NCBI GenBank assembly: GCA_964526445.1
Contig: CAZGIY010000001.1
Coordinates: 20,363-84,362, forward strand
DNA length: 64,000 nucleotides
Source: an uncultured Candidatus Poseidoniales archaeon
GTDB lineage: Archaea > Thermoplasmatota > Poseidoniia > Poseidoniales > Poseidoniaceae
Reading direction: 5' to 3'
Shown here in pieces: positions 56,718 through 64,000 of this stretch. The notes beneath the pieces are model-generated. The model was not told the origin of the DNA. It was given only the letters and a program-made list of their open reading frames with translations, and did no database searches. The stretch's first letter is position 1. Each line of letters starts with the position of its first letter. Both the position numbers and the translations under genes were made by a program.

Positions 56718-57980
56718 ATGGGATTCAGGGAGTTGCTTGAATATGCTGAGAAAGTACCAACTCCGATTTCTTGTATTCATGGATTCTTGAATACTTCAAA
56801 AAGCAAGGGGAATACGCCATTGTGGTTTGATTCAGTCTCCGAATCACCTGGTCATGGAGCAGCATTGAATCTACTAGATCGACGCTCATTATGCAAGTCT
56901 TTGGATATCAAGCCATCAGAGTTGATGGATTTGATGATACAAGCAATGTCGTCCCCTTCAAACCCTCAACAGATTTCTGAATCTCGAGCCTTGGAGAATT
57001 CAATGCCAGTCGATCTAACCTCCTTACCAATACCTTGGCACCATCCTGAAGATGCTGGGAGATATATGTCGGCAAGCATCATTATTGCTGAATACGAGGG
57101 TGTGCGAAATCTTTCATTCCACAGACAGTTGGTACTTGATTCAAAGCGCTTGGCAGCGCGATTGGTACCTCGACACTTGAGAACGATGTTGGATGAAGCG
57201 AGGTCGAAAGGCGATGAAGTTAACATAGCCATAGTCAATGGAACCGACCCTTTAGTCCTCCTAGCTGCTGCAATGTCATTCAATGAACCTCTAGATGAAT
57301 TGAGCGTTGCATCCGCTATGCACAGGGCACTGTTTGGCAGGGAATTAGAGGTCATTAAACTAGAGAATGGGATTACCGTTCCCGCTGATGCGGAATACAT
57401 CATGCAGGCCCGCATAACTACGGAGGATGCAGAAGAAGGACCCTATGTTGACATTACTGGCACAGTTGATGAAGTACGAATGGAACCAGTGATAGTGGTT
57501 GACAGGATAAATCATGCAAACAATCCAGTCATGCATGTATTGATTCCAGGATATGCTGAGCATAGAAACCTGATGGGCCTTCCAAGAGCTCCTACGATAA
57601 AATCGGCTGTATCTGAAGTCGTGAAATGCAATGATGTATTTCTCAGCGAAGGCGGATGTGGATGGCTATCGGCAGTTGTATCGATAGAACCCAAAAACCC
57701 TGATGATGCAAGCAATGCGATTCATGCCGCTTTGAAGGGCCATCCTTCCATGAAACAGGTCATCATCGTCAACGGTGATGTCGATATTACTGACCCTGTG
57801 CGCGTAGAATGGGCAATGATGACTCGCTGGCAACCGGACAAAGATACAATCATCCTCAGTGGGCAAAAAGGTTCGACACTTGATCCTTCGCGCAATGAAG
57901 ATGGAACCACCTCCAAAGTAGGATTTGATGCCACTTTGCCCTTTGGCAAAGAAGGTAAGGAATTCATCAGTGTATTGTGA
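56718..57980 (+). CDS. UbiD-family (prFMN-dependent) decarboxylase
   Basis: HHPEDAGRYMSASIIIAEYEGVRNLSFHRQLV and DVDITDPVRVEWAMMTRWQPDKD match UbiD family conserved blocks. Confidence 0.65.
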   Translation: MGFRELLEYAEKVPTPISCIHGFLNTSKSKGNTPLWFDSVSESPGHGAALNLLDRRSLCKSLDIKPSELMDLMIQAMSSPSNPQQISESRALENSMPVDLTSLPIPWHHPEDAGRYMSASIIIAEYEGVRNLSFHRQLVLDSKRLAARLVPRHLRTMLDEARSKGDEVNIAIVNGTDPLVLLAAAMSFNEPLDELSVASAMHRALFGRELEVIKLENGITVPADAEYIMQARITTEDAEEGPYVDITGTVDEVRMEPVIVVDRINHANNPVMHVLIPGYAEHRNLMGLPRAPTIKSAVSEVVKCNDVFLSEGGCGWLSAVVSIEPKNPDDASNAIHAALKGHPSMKQVIIVNGDVDITDPVRVEWAMMTRWQPDKDTIILSGQKGSTLDPSRNEDGTTSKVGFDATLPFGKEGKEFISVL

Positions 57981-58025
57981 ACATTTGACCGCAATCGACT
58001 TGAGTCATGCTACTGTCCTTCGGGC

Positions 58026-59012
58026 GTGGTAGAAGACAGCGCGGCTGAATTACAACACCCTCGTCGCAATCTCGCGAACCGATATCGTAGTCAAGCAGAA
58101 AAGTTCGTCAAACTGGCACGTAAAGACACTGAAAGACGCAATGAAAACATGGCGTGGGCAGAACAGAATGCCCAACAGGCATTGTTACATGATTTCACCG
58201 ACGAAAGAAATTGGTTGACTCTAGTACATGTCAAGAGGAGTAGGGATGATAGAGACGGAATACATCGTTGCTTGGAAGACCTTTTCATAGTCCTAGGAAG
58301 AGACCCAGATAGATTACAGGAACTAAACCAAATTGATATGCTGACCCATGGACATGGGTTGATGAGTGCATCATTAACGGAAGACCCCTTACAAGTGGAA
58401 GAATGGTGGAAGAGAATTTCCGAAAAAGAGGCAATCGAGAATTTTGCACAAAGATGTAGAAGGCTGGATTTTAGGGATCAGAGAGCCAACATAATTTTTG
58501 GAAGGAGGATGCAGAAACTTCGCGAGAACGGGATGGTTGATTTATTTCTTGAATTGTCGCAGCATCTTCTAGCCCATCGTCCCTCAAATCACGAGCTTTG
58601 GCTTGAGATGGGTAGGCTATATGAGCAACGTTCTGAATTTGATGAGGCGTGGTTGTGTTATGACCACGTACAAAGTCTGAGGCCCCATTTGCTAGAAAGA
58701 GATAAGTTACTAGAGCGTTTGACAAAAAGGATGGATGATAAGCTCGAGTGGACACCTCCTACAGAGAGTATTCGCGATAAGTTCCTTCGCAGGATGGAAG
58801 ACCTAGCAAGGGTTGTCGGCAGTCAAGAATCGTTAGATGAGGAAATACCTGATGATGAAATCCAGGTTGAGAATCAGGAGCAAGTTCGACTTGAATCGTT
58901 ACTCGAACTAGGTAATTCGGAAGAGGCGTTCTTCTTAGCGCGGAGATTGCTTAGTAGTGGTGAAGAATGGGCACGTGAATATATGGATAGAGCATCGAAG
59001 ATGTTCAAGTGA
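58026..59012 (+). CDS. Hypothetical helical (TPR-like) protein
   Basis: ORF only. Helical repeat character. No family recognised. Confidence 0.3.
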   Translation: MVEDSAAELQHPRRNLANRYRSQAEKFVKLARKDTERRNENMAWAEQNAQQALLHDFTDERNWLTLVHVKRSRDDRDGIHRCLEDLFIVLGRDPDRLQELNQIDMLTHGHGLMSASLTEDPLQVEEWWKRISEKEAIENFAQRCRRLDFRDQRANIIFGRRMQKLRENGMVDLFLELSQHLLAHRPSNHELWLEMGRLYEQRSEFDEAWLCYDHVQSLRPHLLERDKLLERLTKRMDDKLEWTPPTESIRDKFLRRMEDLARVVGSQESLDEEIPDDEIQVENQEQVRLESLLELGNSEEAFFLARRLLSSGEEWAREYMDRASKMFK

Positions 59013-60015
59013 TCTTGACCAATTCCTTCATGCGCATACTCCATGGTCCCGGCTCAATTTCAAAGGCAACTGCTGTTTCAGAGGCCAATAAAGGATCTTG
59101 AATCGATTTGGGGCCAGATTCCAGCCAAGGCATTTCTGAAACTCTATCCAAAACCACAGCAGCAGATAATAGACTTCTAAGATCTGGTCTTTCATTGCCA
59201 GAAAAATCATCCTCTCGATCTATACAATCTTCGAATATTGAATTTAGGTCCTCTCTAGATACGGCAGGCCCTTGCCTATCTTCAGCAAATGATTGAGCAC
59301 CCGGCGTTGCAACTTGGACATCAAGAGCTTCTGCACCTTCATGAATATGATTTGATGCAAGGCCTAGAAATAATGTATTTGCTTGCCATACTAGTGCAGG
59401 AAATGATGAGTCATGTGCATGTTTGATCGCATTCCATGAATTACGAATCGCACTGAAAATCTGCCCCACTCCGGCAAGAATACCTGCCGCTCCCATACGA
59501 GACAAGGCCAATGTTTCAGATGCATGGCCAGCAGTAGTTGAAATCTCCCCATATACTTGCAAGGCCATCAGTGGAGCCTGAGTAGATAGATGGAAAGATG
59601 CCTTGTTTAGTAGAGACAAATCGTGATCTCTACTGGCTGATGCGACAGAACGTAAGCGCGTTTCTGCCCACGTTAGGTCACCATCGGCACCCTCAATATC
59701 TCCTTCCAGAAATCTTTGCAAGCCTCGTTCCATTCTAGCCCTGCCTTCGAGAGCGAGGTCTCTAGTCTCCTTTTGGGAAGTTAATTCAAGCGCTTGTTGG
59801 ATCAATTCCATAGGATCTTCTTCTCGATATCTACATTCGGTGATTTTGAGAATACTCTCTTCTGCTACGCTTAATCCAGATTTCAGGAGTTGTAGTGTCT
59901 TATCGTCTCCCTCACCTAATGCTTGTTCTGCAAGAACGAGTGGTGAATATTCCTGCGTGGCGGCACTACCATCGCGAAATGCCTGTAATGCTTCTGCAGG
60001 GGTATCAAATGTCAT
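59005..60015 (-). CDS. Hypothetical helical protein
   Basis: ORF only. The stop overlaps the dhh gene start. Confidence 0.3.
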   Translation of the reverse strand: MTFDTPAEALQAFRDGSAATQEYSPLVLAEQALGEGDDKTLQLLKSGLSVAEESILKITECRYREEDPMELIQQALELTSQKETRDLALEGRARMERGLQRFLEGDIEGADGDLTWAETRLRSVASASRDHDLSLLNKASFHLSTQAPLMALQVYGEISTTAGHASETLALSRMGAAGILAGVGQIFSAIRNSWNAIKHAHDSSFPALVWQANTLFLGLASNHIHEGAEALDVQVATPGAQSFAEDRQGPAVSREDLNSIFEDCIDREDDFSGNERPDLRSLLSAAVVLDRVSEMPWLESGPKSIQDPLLASETAVAFEIEPGPWSMRMKELVKIT

Positions 60016-61004
60016 CTCCGCACCGTCCCACTGAGAAGATGAATGAATGCTGACTCAGCAGCAATGGTATCGAGACCACTTGTCCAGCCAGCGGCGCCAT
60101 CATGTCCCCCGCCCTCTCCGCCATGGCTAATTGACAGTTGTTCCATTATTTTTCCAAGACGCAAGCCTTCCAATACTGAAGAACGGTTTGCCCTGACAGT
60201 CATTCGAGTAACTCCATCTCTTCTGCGTAGTACCATTGCAACATCTGCTCCAGCAGACATCAAAGCCCTACAGACTACACTTTCCTGAGTTCCGGCTGTT
60301 GATTTTAGTAGCCACCAAGGTCCGGCATCAATCCCAACTGTTCTGGACAAAGATTTGGCAATCGCTCCCTTGTCCGAACGTGTAAGGTCGTCTTGTTCAA
60401 GTTCCTCAATGAAAGCAGCATAATCGAGAGTGCCTTCTGCAATTAGTTTGCAAGCACTTTCAAATGAGCTTAAATCGGCATGCTTGAATCTACCCGTATC
60501 AGTAATTAATCCGGCTAACAGTAATGAAACAACCTCATTGCTCATACTGCTTAAGTGAAATTCGTGGAGGTAATCGTGTATTATCTGTGTTGTAGAAGAA
60601 ACATCCCAAGTAATATTCAGTCCGCCTTCCCCTGCATCCCAATCATTAGTTGAATGATGATCAATGATGCATAGTGGTACATCTTTTGGTAAGTCCAAAC
60701 CAACTTGGTCGGGTGCTGCTGCATCTACGACAACAATCCCTGAAAGGGACTTTGGCCAACGAGGAGCATCTGCATCCAAGCGCATGAAGGGAGCGGAGAA
60801 TTTCTCAACCATTCTTGATGATAAACGGCTCAAGTGGACTCCACAAGCCATTGTAGAAGAGCAGGATGCGGCCAAGGCAATTGCTGAACCTACCGTATCC
60901 ATGTCTCCATTCTTATGCGTCAATACTGCGATTGCACCTCTATTCGCGGCTTCATCCATCCAATCAGCAAGACTCTGCAACTGGGACTCTTGTTCAGAAC
61001 TCAC
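60012..61004 (-). CDS. DHH-DHHA1 phosphoesterase (NrnA-like nanoRNase/pAp phosphatase)
   Basis: DHH motifs (HKNGDMDTVGSA, VVVDAA, IIDHHS) and DHHA1 GGGH. Confidence 0.7.
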   Translation of the reverse strand: MSSEQESQLQSLADWMDEAANRGAIAVLTHKNGDMDTVGSAIALAASCSSTMACGVHLSRLSSRMVEKFSAPFMRLDADAPRWPKSLSGIVVVDAAAPDQVGLDLPKDVPLCIIDHHSTNDWDAGEGGLNITWDVSSTTQIIHDYLHEFHLSSMSNEVVSLLLAGLITDTGRFKHADLSSFESACKLIAEGTLDYAAFIEELEQDDLTRSDKGAIAKSLSRTVGIDAGPWWLLKSTAGTQESVVCRALMSAGADVAMVLRRRDGVTRMTVRANRSSVLEGLRLGKIMEQLSISHGGEGGGHDGAAGWTSGLDTIAAESAFIHLLSGTVRR

Positions 61005-61339
61005 TTGCTCGCCTCTAGAGTCTTTACCAGATTTTCATATTCTTCTCGCAATTCATCCTCTCTGTTAGCAAGAGTGGAAACGTGTTCTTCAATACGCGCC
61101 CTCCCATCTTCAAGCTCTTCTACCAATGTCTCAATCTCTTGAACTCTAACGAGAACCCCTCCTCGTTGTCGGTACACAGTATGGTCCTCTAGTTGAGTAG
61201 ACAATAGGCTCAGAGTTTCTTTGATTTCCCTTACTTGGTTGCTAAGAGCACCGAGTTGTTGAGCCACCAATTGTATCTCCTGAATCACTTCTTGTATGCG
61301 GAGAGCGCTATCTTCCATGTCATCACCTATTTCTGCCAA
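61001..61339 (-). CDS. pfdB: Prefoldin beta subunit
   Basis: About 112 aa two-helix coiled coil with central VYRQRGGVLVRV beta-hairpin. Located in the exosome superoperon. Confidence 0.65.
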   Translation of the reverse strand: MAEIGDDMEDSALRIQEVIQEIQLVAQQLGALSNQVREIKETLSLLSTQLEDHTVYRQRGGVLVRVQEIETLVEELEDGRARIEEHVSTLANREDELREEYENLVKTLEASK

Positions 61340-61342
61340 GGG

Positions 61343-61570
61343 CTATGAGTCAAGAATCCTATCCTCAAGGATTGACATCACAGATTCTACAGCCTCTACT
61401 GAACGCATCCTAGTATTCCACATTGCCCGAAGATCATTGGCGGCATTTTCATTCAGTGAGAATGACAATATATCTCCAGATATAGTGGCCTTAATCTCGC
61501 CATGCATAGATGCTGCGAGAGATTTAACATTCAAACTATGAATTTGAACTACAAGATTCCAGGAGGTCAT
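61343..61570 (-). CDS. pcc1: Probable KEOPS subunit Pcc1
   Basis: 75-aa protein. ATISGDILSFSLNENAANDLRAMWNTRMRSVEAV is similar to the archaeal Pcc1 C-terminal beta-alpha region (from memory of P. furiosus Pcc1). Located between L37ae and prefoldin beta. Confidence 0.45.
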   Translation of the reverse strand: MTSWNLVVQIHSLNVKSLAASMHGEIKATISGDILSFSLNENAANDLRAMWNTRMRSVEAVESVMSILEDRILDS

Positions 61571-61586
61571 GCAACCACCTGTTGAA

Positions 61587-61946
61587 TCACTCTTCCTCGT
61601 TTACTTCGCCCTCAGCTACTTTACGCTCATATTCTAGAGCGGCTTGCTGGGCAATCAGTGCCATATCGGATGCGGTTGCTCCATCGACGCTTCTTCGGAT
61701 GATTCTGTTATTTGCTTCAGAGGCGCGGGTGAAAGGCTCCCAAGCACCGCCAGCAAAACTGTGTCCGCACTTGCCACATGTCCAAATGCCGACCGCATCA
61801 CGTGAAACTTTCTGATATTGGCAAACTGGGCAAGAATACTTCCTAGCGCGCTTGCGTAGAATCTTTCCAGCATTGCGTCGTACGCTCACTCCATAGCGTG
61901 GACCGAATCTGGCTGCGGCTCCAACCTTCTGGGTTCTCTTTGCCAT
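61587..61946 (-). CDS. rpl37ae: Ribosomal protein eL43 (L37ae) with C-terminal extension
   Basis: MAKRTQKVGAAARFG...CPVC...CGKCG zinc ribbon. Confidence 0.85.
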   Translation of the reverse strand: MAKRTQKVGAAARFGPRYGVSVRRNAGKILRKRARKYSCPVCQYQKVSRDAVGIWTCGKCGHSFAGGAWEPFTRASEANNRIIRRSVDGATASDMALIAQQAALEYERKVAEGEVNEEE

Positions 61947-61951
61947 CTTCA

Positions 61952-62734
61952 TCACTCCTGTGCGTGTACCATATCTCTGAGTTCAGCGCATCTCTTGCCT
62001 GCTTCAGCGAGTATCTCTGCGAATTCTGCCGGCGAAAGAACTCCTCTTAACCCCTTCTGCAAAGAGTGGAGGTGCCCTTCATCACCTAGTGTGATGTGAA
62101 TCCTCTCATCTCCACCCAATTCTTCTTGCTCACATGCATCATAGACATAACGTCCACCGGCTCTCTGGTATGAGCACATAGTGGGGGTGGAAGATAATTC
62201 CAATTTGAAATCCTCCCCGACATCGAACCGCTCTGCAGGAACGACGGCAGTCCTCAGAGCAGCAATCGCCGCAGTAGCACATGCGTCGAAGATATTTCCT
62301 CTGTCAGAGAGGACGTGTAGATCAACCATAACTCGCCAAACCTTTTCACCTGGTACGATGCAAAGAGATTCCATATCGATACAACCGCTTTCGCGAATTC
62401 CTCTGTCAACTACTCTACCTAATTCAATAGATGCGGGGCTAGGTGGGCCTGGTTCATATTTTCGGTGTGCAACAGGACGTAATTCCGCACCCGTCATCAA
62501 TGACCCGTGAGTTGGTCGGTCCGAATATGGAGTTGCAACATCAAATTTCACTCCGGCATAAACGATGGTATCTCCCAACACTACTTTCGCACTACCTTCA
62601 GCATTGTACAACACGCCAGTCTCAAGAGTCATCTCTCTACTTTGCCATCGGCTTCTGTCATCAATTCTCTTGTCCTGCAAGGCAAGATCTTGTAACTGCT
62701 GGCGCAATAGTTGAGGAACTAATTCAACCATCAT
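61952..62734 (-). CDS. rrp42: Exosome complex component Rrp42 (RNase PH-like)
   Basis: RNase PH fold. Position after rrp41. Confidence 0.85.
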   Translation of the reverse strand: MMVELVPQLLRQQLQDLALQDKRIDDRSRWQSREMTLETGVLYNAEGSAKVVLGDTIVYAGVKFDVATPYSDRPTHGSLMTGAELRPVAHRKYEPGPPSPASIELGRVVDRGIRESGCIDMESLCIVPGEKVWRVMVDLHVLSDRGNIFDACATAAIAALRTAVVPAERFDVGEDFKLELSSTPTMCSYQRAGGRYVYDACEQEELGGDERIHITLGDEGHLHSLQKGLRGVLSPAEFAEILAEAGKRCAELRDMVHAQE

Positions 62735-63459
62735 TCATCACCTCCAGCACTGTCAAGCAAGGCTTGTTTCATTAGTTCATGAATCTCCCTCGCCGCCTTG
62801 AAATTGTATTCTGAGGCTAATTCATATTCTTCAACAGACAAATCTCCATCCATTTGTAAGAAAGCAATCTCTCCAGTATTCGGCAATATTCCCATAGGTA
62901 AATCTGCTTGCCCATAGTTATCTTCTGCCTTATCTAAATCGAGTACTACTACGTCATCGATTTTACCGCTGGCAACACCTACAATCATGTCCTTCATCGG
63001 TATTCCTGCATTAGCAAGAGCAACAGATGCTGCGGTAATTCCAACACAACGAGTTCCTGCTTCAGCAGCAAGTATCTCAATCTCGACCCTAATCTTTGAA
63101 CGCGGGTATCTCTCAACGAGAACCACACTTTCCAATGCTTCAGCGGTAACCTTGCTTATTTCTCGGCTTCTTCGATTGAAACCTGGTCTGATTCGATCCG
63201 AAGTAGAGAATGGAGCCATATTGTATCGAACGTCGATTACAGCTCGTTCCTGGCGCTGAATCTTACGGGGGTGCGCTTCCATTGGACCATAAACAGCTGC
63301 TACTGCAACATTCAATCCGTGCTTAACCCAAGCCGAACCATCAGCAGCAGGCAACACACCTGCCCTGACCTCAACTTCTCTCAACTCATCCACGGCACGG
63401 CCATCTAGGCGCTTACCGTCCTCTCTAAGCAGTTTGACATCTCCATATCCTCCCATCAT
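62731..63459 (-). CDS. rrp41: Exosome complex exonuclease Rrp41 (RNase PH)
   Basis: RLDGR...VLPAADGSAWV... RNase PH active-site region. Confidence 0.9.
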   Translation of the reverse strand: MMGGYGDVKLLREDGKRLDGRAVDELREVEVRAGVLPAADGSAWVKHGLNVAVAAVYGPMEAHPRKIQRQERAVIDVRYNMAPFSTSDRIRPGFNRRSREISKVTAEALESVVLVERYPRSKIRVEIEILAAEAGTRCVGITAASVALANAGIPMKDMIVGVASGKIDDVVVLDLDKAEDNYGQADLPMGILPNTGEIAFLQMDGDLSVEEYELASEYNFKAAREIHELMKQALLDSAGGDE

Positions 63460-64000
63460 TCATCACCTCCAAGTACTTCTGATAACCTATCGTGTAAACC
63501 TGGCGCATGGCCAGTTTCTGAAATGGTCTTCAGTGCCGAACGTGCAATGGCAATCCCTTCTGGAGATCCATCGATAAGAATACGACCGTTTTGTGCGGCC
63601 ACAATTCTACAATCGCTGGATTCTTTGATTCTCTGCAAGGTTCTACCCTTGCTACCGATAACTAAGGACAATACATGTGGTGCTACTTGTTCAATGCAAC
63701 CTTGCTTAATCTTGCGCAATCCGACACCCTTCATGGTAGCCACTACGGAATGGGTCTCATCAACTTCCATAACCCTAGCTAAAACGGCATCACCGAAACC
63801 AAGGTGTTGGCGGGCCGCGCCGAATTCAACTTTCCAAGGAGCCAAACTCATTGGCAAAAGAGCGTTGAATGGACCTCTTACATCGAGGAACCACAAATTA
63901 TTCTGTACCGCTTCTACATAGCCAATCACAAGATCCCCTGACCTCGGCATGTAGGCAGTGTTCGTAGGCATGACATGAACGACATCGCCGTTCATCCTTA
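63456..64000 (-). CDS. rrp4: Exosome complex component Rrp4 (S1 plus KH), 5' part beyond window edge
   Basis: S1 domain (GDLVIGYVEAVQNNLWFLDV) and KH domain (GKGVGLRKIKQ...). The frame is still open at the window end. Confidence 0.8.
   Translation of the reverse strand, partial: RMNGDVVHVMPTNTAYMPRSGDLVIGYVEAVQNNLWFLDVRGPFNALLPMSLAPWKVEFGAARQHLGFGDAVLARVMEVDETHSVVATMKGVGLRKIKQGCIEQVAPHVLSLVIGSKGRTLQRIKESSDCRIVAAQNGRILIDGSPEGIAIARSALKTISETGHAPGLHDRLSEVLGGDE

Overview
This 64 kb window looks like an archaeal chromosome segment. The translation and RNA-processing genes are archaeal-type: Kae1, Pcc1, Tsr3, MBF1, PAN, aEF-2, uS12/uS7, and an Rrp4-Rrp41-Rrp42-L37ae-prefoldin-beta exosome superoperon; transketolase is split and ProRS/MetRS are archaeal-type. 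GC is roughly 45% and gene packing is dense on both strands; the lineage cannot be fixed from sequence alone. The housekeeping content is: kae1; MBF1, Tsr3, PAN, MetRS; PriS; split transketolase plus transaldolase; ProRS; CoaBC; thiolase, IPK and a fused IDI-GGPPS (isoprenoid); aEF2-S7-S12; UbiD-like; a DHH phosphoesterase; and prefoldin-beta, Pcc1, L37ae, Rrp42, Rrp41, Rrp4. Several things stand out. (1) A continuous, overlapping minus-strand gene array runs glutamate formimidoyltransferase, formimino-THF cyclodeaminase (a split, eukaryote-like FTCD), FdhD, a NuoE/F-like FdsB, a molybdopterin FdsA, urocanase (676 aa, eukaryote-size) and histidine ammonia-lyase. hutI is displaced about 4 kb away on the other strand, beyond an inserted block. 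(2) That inserted block holds tRNA-Val(GAC) and a membrane-anchored protein with four EF-hands, a double zinc ribbon and a calsequestrin-like D/E/S tail, plus a zinc-ribbon acidic partner. Elsewhere there is a SERCA/PMCA-type Ca2+-ATPase and a secreted beta-propeller protein with thrombospondin-type-3 Ca-binding repeats. (3) A half-size deoxyhypusine-hydroxylase-like HEAT protein carries two His-Glu motifs. (4) A type-1 (eukaryote-like) IPP isomerase is fused to GGPP synthase. (5) An operon encodes a polyproline/acidic protein, a (KAKPxA)n-repeat membrane protein and an alpha/beta hydrolase. (6) An actin-fold ATPase is flanked by zinc-ribbon proteins. (7) Futalosine-pathway menaquinone genes (MqnA, MqnD-like, radical-SAM MqnC/E) are interrupted by the surface protein. 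(8) There are several perfect GC-clamped intergenic hairpins. No CRISPR array, transposase or integrase was seen.
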